A DNA stretch of 32,000 nucleotides from an uncultured Acidobacteriota bacterium (GCA_963827655.1 CAWHCF010000022.1:170083-202082); one strand, 5' to 3'; counted from the stretch's first letter, positions 9,964 through 18,620 are shown. The notes: generated by a model not told the origin, from the sequence alone. Translations and numbers: made by a program.

Positions 9964-12882
9964 TTAAGGCTTCCACTCCGCCATCCAGATGTTGCCCGTA
10001 CGCTCGCCCATAGGGAACACGATCTTGTCTTGGGCAACCGAGATTTCAAGGAGGCTGGGAGGCACGCTCGAGATGGAGCGCCGGGCCCCGTGCAGATGAT
10101 AGACAGGCTCGGCTTCGCCGAGTGGGCGCTTGGTTTTCGGATCCAGCCGTTGGCCCCAGAGACAAATGTAACCGTCCCGAGCCGAGCGGAAATAGAGCGA
10201 GTTGCTGTCCGGCGACCAGCGCGGAGTACTGTCCAGCGTTGCGCCGTTCGTCACCGCGATCCAAGTGCTCTGCCCGATTGCCGACATTCCTTGAAATGGC
10301 GCGATGAACAGTCGAACCTGGTCTCCAACGATGGCATCGAAGGCGATCCAGCGCCCATCGGGGGCGAAATGGGACCGCAAAAGGGGGTACTCCGGATGCT
10401 TGAGCACGATGGCCTTCTCTCGCGAAGCGACGTCCAGCAGACCGATCTGTTTTCGATCCATTGGCCAGTAGAGGAGGTACCTATTATCGGGGGACCAGTC
10501 CCAGGCCAGAAAGCAGTCGTCGCACACGTTTGCAGGGAGGGCATCTCCCGAGCGGACACCGCTGAGGGATGAAATGTTTACCTTGGGCTTCCCACCCGCC
10601 CAGTCGTTGTAAGCGATCTTGGATCCATCCGTGCTGATGGCCGGGCGACTCTCAAATGCCGGCGAGATGGTGATGGCTCTCTCCTCTCCCGTCCGGAGTT
10701 CCTTCGCCCAAACATCAAAATTGCCCGCTCGATCGGACGCAAACACCAGTCGCTGACCGTCGCCTGAAATAGCGGGCTGAACGTCGACGGAGGTGGCTTC
10801 GGTCAAGCGGCGGAGCGGGCCATTGGCTGCTGCTTCGCGATGATTGATCGGCAGACTCCAGATGTTGACGTTCGTGGTCAAGTTAGAAAAAGCGATTCGG
10901 CGTCCGGCTGACGTCGCAGGAGAATCTTCCGTGCCCGCTCCAAAGGTGAGCCGCTGGGGAGCATCCGTAACGCGCCAGTCTGTGGACGAAACGGCAACCT
11001 GCCAAATATTCCTGCTGTCCCCAACATCAGCCGCAAAAAGAACGCGGCCCTCGGCGGTCCAGACAGCGGGAATCAGCATCACGGCTGGCAGGTTGCCGCG
11101 TGTCGTCGGAAGTCCGTGCTTGCGCAAGGCTGCCAAAGCTCCTGTTCTGACCACGGGCCCGTTGTCGAGCGGTGTGACCCACCAGTCCCAACTCTCCGAC
11201 GGTGGCGGGTTTCCGAGCTGATCCCCTAAAAACAGAATGTGCTTTCCATCCGGGGCCCAGACAGGAAAACGGCTGACGGCGAACTCTGGCTGAAGCTGCC
11301 TGGGAGGTCCCCCGGTGATGGGAACAACAAAGGTCCGGCCGGCGTCAAGGCCCACCCAGTAGGCGATCCAGCTCCCATCGGGCGAGAACCGGGGTCTGCG
11401 TCCTTGCGCGGCGAACTTTGTCGCTTGTCCTCCCAGAGCAGAAACAACATAGACAGCGCCACCGTCCCGCTCGGAGCGGAAGGCGATCTTGGTCCCGTCA
11501 GGCGAAAAGGCCGGCTCGTGGTCATCGGCTGGATCCGTCGTCAGGCGGATCGCATCTCCTTTACCCACTTGCTGGACCCAGATGTCGAGATTGCCCTCCC
11601 CGCTGCGGTCCGATGCGTAGGCCAGCAGCTTGCCATCCGGCGACAGGGCGGGATCAGTGGTCAATCCCGAATCCGAGGTCAGCCGCGTGAGAATCGGGGC
11701 GGGGTTCGAGGGCCCCTGGCGGGTGAGCCACCACGTGAGACCCGCAGTGGCCCCCACCAAAGCCAAGCCGGCGATCGCCGCGGCGAAATAGCGACGCCGC
11801 GTGTTGATGGACGGCGGCACGGGAATTGGAGACGATGGGTGCCGGGCCAGGCGCAGTTGAAAGCCCAGATCACGCGCGGACTGGAACCGTTCTTCGGGCT
11901 CCTTCTCCAGGCAATGCCGTACGATTTGCTCGAGCTGTGGCGATACCTGCGCAATCGGTGGCGGGTCTTGCTTAAGAATCGCATTCATCGTCTCGACGCT
12001 CGTATCGCCCAAAAACGCCCGCCGGCCCGCTAGCATCTCGTACAGAACCGCCCCCAGCGCGAAAATGTCCGACCTATGATCAGCCGTTTGCCCCTGCACC
12101 TGCTCAGGCGACATGTAGGCAGGCGTTCCAAGAACCATTCCGGGAGCGGTCTCGGTCGGGACCTGATTCTGCTGCTCCGGCCCTGGTTGCACCAGCCTGG
12201 CCAGCCCGAAGTCGAGAATCTTCACGCGGCCGTCCCTGGTGATGAAGATGTTCTCCGGCTTGAGATCCCGGTGCACGATACCTTTATCATGGGCGGCAGC
12301 CAGGCCCTGGGCGATCTGGCCGGCATATTCGATCGCTTTACCTTCAGGGATGGCGCCGCCGGCGAGCCGCTGGCGCAATGTGGCTCCTTCGAGCAGCTCG
12401 GTGACCAGGTAGGGCGAATCCTCTTCTCTGCCGATCGCGTAGATCGCCAGGACATTGGGATGGTTCAGCATGCCGGCCGCTCGCGCTTCCTGCTCGAACC
12501 GCCGCAGGCGCTCCGGATTGCGGGAGTATTGTGACGGCAGAATTTTGATTGCCACTTGCCGGTTCAGAGCCGGGTCCAGGGCCCGCCAGACTTCACCCAT
12601 GCCGCCAGCGCCGAGCGGAGCAATCAACTCGTACGAGCCCAGGCGCTGTCCACGGGCCAGCCGCGGCGCTTCGTCGGCGAGGGCGCGCGCCGCCACCTCC
12701 ACAGCGGGTGATTCCAGAAAGGGGTCGTCTGGTTTGTGTGCTTCGAGCAGTGAGACAACTTCCCGGCGCAATTCGGCATCACCTGCGCAACTCTGGTCGA
12801 GAAACGCGGATCTCGCGGATGGGTCATGATCCAGGGCGGCCTGATAGATCCGCTCGACCTTTTGCCAGCGCTCCGGCGTCAT
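9964..12882 (-). CDS. Ser/Thr protein kinase with one TM segment and C-terminal TolB-like (PD40/WD40-like) beta-propeller repeats
   Basis: 972 aa. Kinase motifs: GAGGMGEVW, AIK, HRDLKPENIF, DFG and SPEQ. The TM segment is YFAAAIAGLALVGATAGLTWWL. At least 9 SPDG/APDG-type repeats follow (SPDGKLLAYASDRSG, SPDGTKIAFRSERDG, SGDGQRLVFASDRAG ...). The start ATG overlaps the sigma gene stop (ATGA, 12879-12882). Confidence 0.9.
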   Translation of the reverse strand: MTPERWQKVERIYQAALDHDPSARSAFLDQSCAGDAELRREVVSLLEAHKPDDPFLESPAVEVAARALADEAPRLARGQRLGSYELIAPLGAGGMGEVWRALDPALNRQVAIKILPSQYSRNPERLRRFEQEARAAGMLNHPNVLAIYAIGREEDSPYLVTELLEGATLRQRLAGGAIPEGKAIEYAGQIAQGLAAAHDKGIVHRDLKPENIFITRDGRVKILDFGLARLVQPGPEQQNQVPTETAPGMVLGTPAYMSPEQVQGQTADHRSDIFALGAVLYEMLAGRRAFLGDTSVETMNAILKQDPPPIAQVSPQLEQIVRHCLEKEPEERFQSARDLGFQLRLARHPSSPIPVPPSINTRRRYFAAAIAGLALVGATAGLTWWLTRQGPSNPAPILTRLTSDSGLTTDPALSPDGKLLAYASDRSGEGNLDIWVQQVGKGDAIRLTTDPADDHEPAFSPDGTKIAFRSERDGGAVYVVSALGGQATKFAAQGRRPRFSPDGSWIAYWVGLDAGRTFVVPITGGPPRQLQPEFAVSRFPVWAPDGKHILFLGDQLGNPPPSESWDWWVTPLDNGPVVRTGALAALRKHGLPTTRGNLPAVMLIPAVWTAEGRVLFAADVGDSRNIWQVAVSSTDWRVTDAPQRLTFGAGTEDSPATSAGRRIAFSNLTTNVNIWSLPINHREAAANGPLRRLTEATSVDVQPAISGDGQRLVFASDRAGNFDVWAKELRTGEERAITISPAFESRPAISTDGSKIAYNDWAGGKPKVNISSLSGVRSGDALPANVCDDCFLAWDWSPDNRYLLYWPMDRKQIGLLDVASREKAIVLKHPEYPLLRSHFAPDGRWIAFDAIVGDQVRLFIAPFQGMSAIGQSTWIAVTNGATLDSTPRWSPDSNSLYFRSARDGYICLWGQRLDPKTKRPLGEAEPVYHLHGARRSISSVPPSLLEISVAQDKIVFPMGERTGNIWMAEWKP

Positions 12883-13445
12883 CGCTTCAACTCACGCTTC
12901 AGCCAAGCCTTGGCTGCTCTCCAGTCTCTTCCCACAGTGTCCGTCGAAATTTGCAACGCTTCAGCTGTCTCCTCCAGGCTCAATCCTCCGAAGAAGCGCA
13001 ATTCCACCACGCGCGCTTTGCGCGGATCAAGTTTGGCCAGTTCCTGAAGCGCCTCGTCCAGCGCGACCAGATCAGAATCGACGTTTGTTACTACACCCAG
13101 CCCTTCCCCAAGCGTCACCTGGCGCCAATCGCCACCGCGCTTCTGATACCGTCGGTTGCGAGCAAAGTCTACCAGGATTCGACGCATCAATTGGGCCGCC
13201 ACGGCGAAGAAGTGGGCGCGATTCTGCCACCGTACGCGGCTGGAGTCCACGAGCTTGATATAGGCCTCGTTCAGCAGGGCCGTGGTCTGAAGGGTGTGTC
13301 CAGCGTGCTCGCGACGCATGTAGCCCTCCGCAAGGCGGTGGAGCTCGTCATAGACAAGCGGCATCAGGCGGGACAACGCATCCTGGTCGCCATTGCCCCA
13401 AGCCATCAACAGCTCCGTGACGTCCTGATGGGACTGGCCGCTCAT
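12879..13445 (-). CDS. ECF-type RNA polymerase sigma factor (TIGR02999 / ECF43-like, kinase-associated type)
   Basis: The ORF-track start at 13454 is a GTG. The ATG at 13445-13443 gives MSGQSHQDVTELLMAWGNGDQDALSRLMPLVYDELHRLA..., typical of this subfamily. The region-4 HTH is LSLEETAEALQISTDTVGRDWRAAKAWLKREL. The gene is translationally coupled to the kinase. Confidence 0.85.
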   Translation of the reverse strand: MSGQSHQDVTELLMAWGNGDQDALSRLMPLVYDELHRLAEGYMRREHAGHTLQTTALLNEAYIKLVDSSRVRWQNRAHFFAVAAQLMRRILVDFARNRRYQKRGGDWRQVTLGEGLGVVTNVDSDLVALDEALQELAKLDPRKARVVELRFFGGLSLEETAEALQISTDTVGRDWRAAKAWLKRELKR

Positions 13446-13553
13446 CGCGTGCACCGGATGCCGACACTATAGCATCCCTGTAGCTTATTTATGCGGAGTT
13501 TCCCGGCCAGATCGCGCCTATACCTGGGTGAAACCAAAAAAGGAGGTTTTAAG

Positions 13554-14846
13554 ATGATCATGAAATCCGCCATACAGTTCCTCGTGACGAGTGGGCGTAA
13601 CGACAAACAATCCCTGTTGGTGAGGCCGCGCCGGCTGGTGGTGACTTTTGCCATAACCCTTGCCTTCGCCCTCGCCCGCCTCGCGACTGACCCGGCTGCC
13701 TTCGCCGGGAATGGCAACGAACACTGGGTGGGGACCTGGAGCACCGCTCTGCACGCCCCGGACGCGGGCTTCGGTATAACGAACTCTGGCTTCAACAATC
13801 AGACTCTGCGCCAGATCGTGCACACGAGCGTCGGCGGCGATCGGGTGCGCGTGCGGCTGTCCACGTTCGGGGCCAGTGCCCTGGTCATCGGCGCGGCGCA
13901 CATTGCCCTCCGCGGCGCGGGCGCGGCGATCGTGCCGGGGTCGGATCGGACGCTGACCTTCGGCGGCCAGCCGTCCATCACCATCCCGCCAGGCGCGCTC
14001 GTGCTGAGCGACCCGGTGGATCTCGACGTGCCCGCGCTCGGCGACCTGGCGGTGAGCATCTTCGTGCCCGGAAGTACCGGACCGGCGACGTGGCACTTCG
14101 AAGCGCTGCAGACCTCGTACATCTCTCCGCCCGGAGATTTCACGGCAAGCGCCGTCATGCCGGTTGACTCGACGACGCAGGGATGGTTCTGGCTGGCCGG
14201 CGTGGAGGTGATGGCATCCAAGCAGACGGGGGCGATTGTCACCTTCGGCGACTCGATCACGGACGGTACGAGGTCAACACCGGACATGAACAACCGGTGG
14301 CCGGACCGGCTCGCCCGGCGGCTGATGGATCAGCCGGGCAATCACAAGATGGGCGTGCTGAACGAAGGGATCGCCGGTAACCGAGTCCTCCATGACATCA
14401 TCGGTCCTAACGCCTTGGCCCGGTTTGACCGCGACGTGCTGTCCCAGACCGGAGTGACGCACGTGATCGTGCTCCTCGGGGGAAACGACATCGGCTTTGA
14501 GGCGTTCAGGCCCGCCGAGGCTGTGACCGCCGGTCAGATCATCGAGGGCCACAGGCAGTTCATCGGGCGCGCGCACGCGCGAGGACTCAAGATCTACGGC
14601 GCCACCCTGACCCCGTTTGAACTCTTATCGCCGGCGCAAGAGGTCAAGCGCCAGGAGGTCAACAGGTGGATTCGCACGAGCGGCGAGTACGACGCGGTGA
14701 TCGACTTCGACGCGGTCATGCGCGACCCGAGCCTCCCAACGCGATTAAACCCGGACTACGACAGCGGGGACCATCTGCACCCGAACGACCTCGGCTACCA
14801 GGTGATGGGCAACGCCATCGACCTGAAGCTGTTCAAGAACCACTAG
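13554..14846 (+). CDS. SGNH/GDSL-family hydrolase, secreted
   Basis: The ATG at 13554 is preceded by AAAAAAGGAGG. The ORF-track ATG at 13491 has no RBS. The block I motif is VTFGDSITDG, and the C-terminal DHLHPN is the catalytic Asp-x-x-His. The N-terminus is signal-like. Confidence 0.8.
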   Translation: MIMKSAIQFLVTSGRNDKQSLLVRPRRLVVTFAITLAFALARLATDPAAFAGNGNEHWVGTWSTALHAPDAGFGITNSGFNNQTLRQIVHTSVGGDRVRVRLSTFGASALVIGAAHIALRGAGAAIVPGSDRTLTFGGQPSITIPPGALVLSDPVDLDVPALGDLAVSIFVPGSTGPATWHFEALQTSYISPPGDFTASAVMPVDSTTQGWFWLAGVEVMASKQTGAIVTFGDSITDGTRSTPDMNNRWPDRLARRLMDQPGNHKMGVLNEGIAGNRVLHDIIGPNALARFDRDVLSQTGVTHVIVLLGGNDIGFEAFRPAEAVTAGQIIEGHRQFIGRAHARGLKIYGATLTPFELLSPAQEVKRQEVNRWIRTSGEYDAVIDFDAVMRDPSLPTRLNPDYDSGDHLHPNDLGYQVMGNAIDLKLFKNH

Positions 14847-14863
14847 CCCAGAAAAAGAGCGAT

Positions 14864-14932
14864 AGTCACCACAATCCCGAACACAATTATCAGACGTTTT
14901 TGAGCTGGCTTAATTCGGGGATTGTGGTGACT
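14864..14932. terminator. Long hairpin between convergent genes (probable bidirectional terminator)
   Basis: AGTCACCACAATCCCGAA (14864-14881) pairs with TTCGGGGATTGTGGTGACT (14914-14932). The stem is about 18 bp with one bulged base and the loop is 32 nt. It lies between the SGNH stop (14846) and the cyclase stop (14983). Confidence 0.55.
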
Positions 14933-14982
14933 GTCCCTCGTCAGTATCGCCTCCTTGTCCCGCAGCGCGCATGCCGACACGT

Positions 14983-15630
14983 TCAGAACAGCCGGCCATC
15001 TTCAATGGCAAATGCCCTGCAGGGACAGCCGTCACCGCTTTCGATCCTTAGCGGCAGCGCCGCGAAGAACACCTTCTCGGTCTCGACCTCATCCAGGTTC
15101 GTCAGTCCCTCGACAATGGTCACGCCTCCACCCAGTAGGATCTTGTGGATGTGTGTCAGCTCTTCCCTGTTGTTTACGTCGGCCACGGAAGGCGGTTCGA
15201 CGCCAAGAAGCTTCACCTTCCGCTCCACGCACCAGCGGGCGAGCTCTTCGGCCACGCGCGGCAGGTTGTCGCGGTAGTATTGCGGCTCGTCCACATGCCG
15301 GCTCCAGCCGGTGCGGAGCAGCAATGACTCCCCCGGCTGGAACCTGTCTGCCACGCGTCCGAGCTGCGTCACGCCGATGAGGGTCTTTGCCTTAATGCCG
15401 TCAAGATTTACTACCCAGGCCGGGCCCATGCAGCGGTCGAGAGGAATCTGATCGATAGTTTCGGGGCCGGCGGCGAAGTGTGCCGGCGCATCCATATGGG
15501 TGCCCGCGTGGGAGTAAAGGTGGAGCGTGCGCGCGTTCCAGCCGTCACGCTCGATCGACTTCGTGGTTTCGAACTCCACGCCACGCATGCCGTGACCGAG
15601 CGTCAGAGTAAGGTCGATAATTCGCATCAT
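14983..15630 (-). CDS. Putative cyclase family protein (kynurenine formamidase-like)
   Basis: 215 aa with the HAGTHMDAPAHF metal-binding motif and overall length typical of the cyclase/arylformamidase family (PF04199-like). Confidence 0.75.
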   Translation of the reverse strand: MMRIIDLTLTLGHGMRGVEFETTKSIERDGWNARTLHLYSHAGTHMDAPAHFAAGPETIDQIPLDRCMGPAWVVNLDGIKAKTLIGVTQLGRVADRFQPGESLLLRTGWSRHVDEPQYYRDNLPRVAEELARWCVERKVKLLGVEPPSVADVNNREELTHIHKILLGGGVTIVEGLTNLDEVETEKVFFAALPLRIESGDGCPCRAFAIEDGRLF

Positions 15631-15734
15631 GGAGCTCTTTGGGCCAGGACCAGGCCGGCTGCAAGTAACAATCGCCGGCGGTATTCGGCAAACAAGGAGC
15701 CGGTCACTTCATTTTTGTACCACAAGGGAGAGTT

Positions 15735-17543
15735 TCACGAAGCGGTCGAATCAATTCCCGACGCGGCTGCTTTCGATGACTCTTCCTTGAGTTTCACAAC
15801 CGTGTAGCCGACCTTGGCAAGTATTTGCGGAATGCCTCGTACCAGCTTTCGATCTTTCTCCTTCTCCTCCTCGGCTAATGTCCCTTCCCCAATTGCCGCG
15901 GTTTCGGCCGGCGTGTAGAGTCTGGCCATTTCCTCAAACGACAGCAAGCGCCACGGGAGAAGATCCTTGTGCAGCTTCTGTTCCTTGTTCGTTTCGGCGG
16001 CCCAGCGCCAACCCGCCTCAATCTTCGCCTTCATCCATCGCCCGTGTTCCATTTCCGCCAGGGACTCAAGCGCAGAGCCGGCGAAGTCCGGGAAGGTTTC
16101 GTTGCTGCGGGCGGGAACCATGATGCAGCCGACTCGGGCCAGCTTGCTCGGTATGTCTCGCACGAGGCCGCGATTCTGTTCCCTTTCGTCTTCAGGCAAC
16201 TCGGCAAACGCTTTCAGCGAACTGTGAGTCCTGAGTTCATCATTGGTCTGGGGTCCCCAGCGGTATCCCTTGGCTCGTAATTCTTCACAAAACAGTTCGT
16301 GCGCAGCTTCGGCCAGTTTTTCAAGCAGTTCCCCTTCCAGATCCATCCGGTGTATCAGGGCCAGGAAATCCTGTCCATCCACGTGCAGGTCGAGCTGCGC
16401 CTCCGAGGGGAGGCTGGAGCGCTCGAACCGGGTCTTGCCCCCGAGCAGGCTCATCGCGATGATCGCCTCCATCGATCGGACTCCGTGTTTGTAATCCTGC
16501 GTTTCCAGGAAAGCGCGCAGCACACCTTGATCAATGTTCATTAGCTGCTTGCCTTCTTTCTTGTGGAGCAGCTGAGGCGCGTTACGCTGAAGCGCCGAGC
16601 GCAGCAGGATACCCCGGCGGATGATGTAGTAGGGATCAGGGGGAGCCGGAGTATCATCAGCAGGTTTCTGACGATTCGGGCCCAGGATATTGACGTACCC
16701 TTTGAGCCGGCTGATGAAATCCGGTCCCTTGGCTGCGCGGAACTTCTCCGGGCCCAGCCTTTGACCAAAGGTTTCCATGCTTGAGCTGGTGCCGCCTGCG
16801 AAGACGAAGATTGAGCGCCCGATGGGATGAGTGATCTGTCCTTCCTGAAAGCTGCCGTCCTGCATCGGAGCCAGGAAGTAGCGCAGCCAGCCGAGCGCAT
16901 TTCCTGCCAGCGCCGTGTCGAACTCATCCCAGAATACGAGCGGAATCAAACCCGACAATCCTACGTCGCGCACCTGGTGCAGCGCCTGAAGCAGTTCCCC
17001 GGGGTCATTGCGCTGCGAGAGATTGAACTCCAGCACCTTGATTTGATCGGGCAGAAGTGAATTAGCCACTTCGATGATGCCGAAAGATTTGCCGGACCCC
17101 GGAGCTCCGAAGACTGCGATGGACAACGGCCGCTTCTGACGGCTCTGGCGGCAGTATTCACTCACCAGCGTACGAATGCTGCGAAAGCTTTCGATCTCGC
17201 GCCGATCCACGGTCAGTAGATTGCCGAACTGTCCGAGCGGCACGCCCTGCAATGCGCTCTCGGCTCCTTCGATCACAGTCTGCCGGGCGATCTGGTCCAG
17301 AGCGCCGGCGCGGCGATCTTCCAGAATGGTCCACAAAGCCGGATGCGGCGCTATTCCCGTTCCCGCCGCGGGCTGGGTCAGGAAGCGCGCTTCACGCACC
17401 TCGGTTTCCGCGAAGAGTTGTTTCTCGCCGGCCAGCTCCGTCAGCGATCGATCCGATGGGAAAGGCCAGTTGAGCCCTGGACGCGACTTCCCCCCTGACG
17501 CCAAATCCTTCCACATGAAGCTTGCGCATCGCAGCCAGGCCAC
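15735..17543 (-). CDS. AAA+ ATPase with two C-terminal RyR-type (ryanodine-receptor repeat) domains
   Basis: Walker A is GAPGSGKS (17085-17108) and Walker B is LVFWDEFD. FVFAGGT is sensor-1-like and KGPDFISRLKG is Arg-finger-like. RyR-like repeat 1 spans about aa 406-476 (16116-16328): AHELFCEELRAKGYRWGPQTNDELRTHSSLKAFAELPEDEREQNRGLVRDIPSKLARVGCIMV. Repeat 2 spans about aa 494-584 (15792-16064): EHGRWMKAKIEAGWRWAAETNKEQKLHKDLLPW...EEKEKDRKLVRGIPQILAKVGYTVV. The ORF-track start (17543) is a GTG. Alternatives are ATG 17516 and GTG 17399. Confidence 0.75.
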   Translation of the reverse strand: MAWLRCASFMWKDLASGGKSRPGLNWPFPSDRSLTELAGEKQLFAETEVREARFLTQPAAGTGIAPHPALWTILEDRRAGALDQIARQTVIEGAESALQGVPLGQFGNLLTVDRREIESFRSIRTLVSEYCRQSRQKRPLSIAVFGAPGSGKSFGIIEVANSLLPDQIKVLEFNLSQRNDPGELLQALHQVRDVGLSGLIPLVFWDEFDTALAGNALGWLRYFLAPMQDGSFQEGQITHPIGRSIFVFAGGTSSSMETFGQRLGPEKFRAAKGPDFISRLKGYVNILGPNRQKPADDTPAPPDPYYIIRRGILLRSALQRNAPQLLHKKEGKQLMNIDQGVLRAFLETQDYKHGVRSMEAIIAMSLLGGKTRFERSSLPSEAQLDLHVDGQDFLALIHRMDLEGELLEKLAEAAHELFCEELRAKGYRWGPQTNDELRTHSSLKAFAELPEDEREQNRGLVRDIPSKLARVGCIMVPARSNETFPDFAGSALESLAEMEHGRWMKAKIEAGWRWAAETNKEQKLHKDLLPWRLLSFEEMARLYTPAETAAIGEGTLAEEEKEKDRKLVRGIPQILAKVGYTVVKLKEESSKAAASGIDSTAS

Positions 17544-18534
17544 TCTGGATGCCCTTGCCGATGTCGGGCTGCTCGCTCGAAAGCATCAGCTGCCTGGCAA
17601 TGCCGGCCGTGAGACAGGAAGTGTAGCCGATCATTCCGCCGGGATGACTTTGTCCCCACATACCCTCGATGACCGCGGGATCGAAGAACAGCCGGCATTT
17701 CGGTCCGCCGCCCGCTTCTCCCCCGCCCTGTGACCGCGACAGGAGAAACGCGCCGTCCGTATGGAACGAAATCACAACATGAGCGCAATGAGAGAGCGCA
17801 TTGACGCGCGGGTTATAGACCAGTTCCCAAGCCAGGTCTTGCGCGGTGCGCTCCCAGGAGAGTTCGCGGCTGATCTGCACTTCCGTCAGGCGCAGATCAT
17901 TGACCGTCATGACCACGATCAGCCGTTCGGCGCAACTCTGATGCAGGTGCTCCCACAACTTGCCCTGAGCCACGGGTCGAGCCATCTTCAAGAGAATCCA
18001 GGGACGCCGCCCTTCCGTCGTGATGGCGCGAGGCCAGAGTTCCGGATGCTCGCGAAAGCCCAGGTCCGCATCGTCGAGCACTACGATCCTGGCTTCCGGG
18101 GTATCGTCCACCACGAGCTTCCAATCGGCGCCTGGCACTCCATCGACCGCGCTGCGATCCAGTCCCAGAAACTCCTCCACGCGCCAGGCCGGTTTCTCTC
18201 TATCGAGAGGCGATTTGACGCCGTACTTGAAGAGGGACCACAGGGCGTAGGAGTGATGGTAGCGTCCATCGCCCGGATGGACCGGCTCCGCGGGCGCGCC
18301 CGTCTGACGGACTTCGCATTGTGCCTGCCCGGCCCCGCGCAACTCCCTGGCGACGGCGTCGATCAGATCGGCCAGCAACGCCGCTCCTCCCCGCTGCCAG
18401 TAAGCGCGAGTACAGTCGTCCGCATTCCACCCTGCCCCGCCGCCTTCCGAACGCCGGGTGCGGGCGAGATTCCAGTCAATCGATACATCCCCGGTAACGA
18501 CAACCGCGTGCTGCAAGCCGTGAGTGTCGGCCAT
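17392..18534 (-). CDS. Hypothetical protein with weak resemblance to the ribokinase/PfkB fold. The kinase signature is degenerate.
   Basis: 380 aa. The ATG at 18534 has AAGAGGAG 8 nt upstream. Alternating beta-strand blocks are arranged as in PfkB kinases: VVVTGDVSIDWNL, GGAALLADLI, IVVLDDADLGF, LIVVMTVNDLRL and HVVISFHTDGAFLL. The expected DTxGAGD motif is replaced by HPGGMIGYTSCLTAGIA. The coding call is solid. The fold call is a guess made by eye. Confidence 0.6.
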   Translation of the reverse strand: MADTHGLQHAVVVTGDVSIDWNLARTRRSEGGGAGWNADDCTRAYWQRGGAALLADLIDAVARELRGAGQAQCEVRQTGAPAEPVHPGDGRYHHSYALWSLFKYGVKSPLDREKPAWRVEEFLGLDRSAVDGVPGADWKLVVDDTPEARIVVLDDADLGFREHPELWPRAITTEGRRPWILLKMARPVAQGKLWEHLHQSCAERLIVVMTVNDLRLTEVQISRELSWERTAQDLAWELVYNPRVNALSHCAHVVISFHTDGAFLLSRSQGGGEAGGGPKCRLFFDPAVIEGMWGQSHPGGMIGYTSCLTAGIARQLMLSSEQPDIGKGIQSGLAAMRKLHVEGFGVRGEVASRAQLAFPIGSIADGAGRRETTLRGNRGA

Positions 18535-18561
18535 AATCCCACTCCTCTTTAAGCCTGTGGC

Positions 18562-18590
18562 ATTCTTATATCAGCAAAACAAATAATCAA
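18562..18590 (-). promoter_or_regulatory. Candidate sigma70-type promoter for the PfkB-like/AAA-RyR unit
   Basis: The minus strand reads TTGATT (18590-18585), a 17-nt spacer, then AAGAAT (18567-18562). This lies in a conspicuously AT-rich patch (ttgattatttgttttgctgatataagaatgcc) about 30 nt upstream of the ATG at 18534. Confidence 0.3.
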
Positions 18591-18620
18591 GCACCGCCGA
18601 CACTGCTTTCCTCTCGCAAG

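Noticed and set aside
13455-13553. Divergent promoter region between the ECF sigma and SGNH hydrolase genes. It contains a TATAGT hexamer and a GGATGC..GCATCC hairpin and could hold an ECF autoregulatory promoter.
   Set aside because: I found no convincing -35/-10 pair at proper spacing (neither sigma70-like nor GGAAC/CGT-like). It is left unannotated.
15565-15585. tRNA-like GGTTTCGAACTCC string (and a similar one at 18651-18680)
   Set aside because: The first lies inside the cyclase coding sequence, and the second lies in an intergenic repeat. Neither has a flanking acceptor or anticodon stem arrangement.
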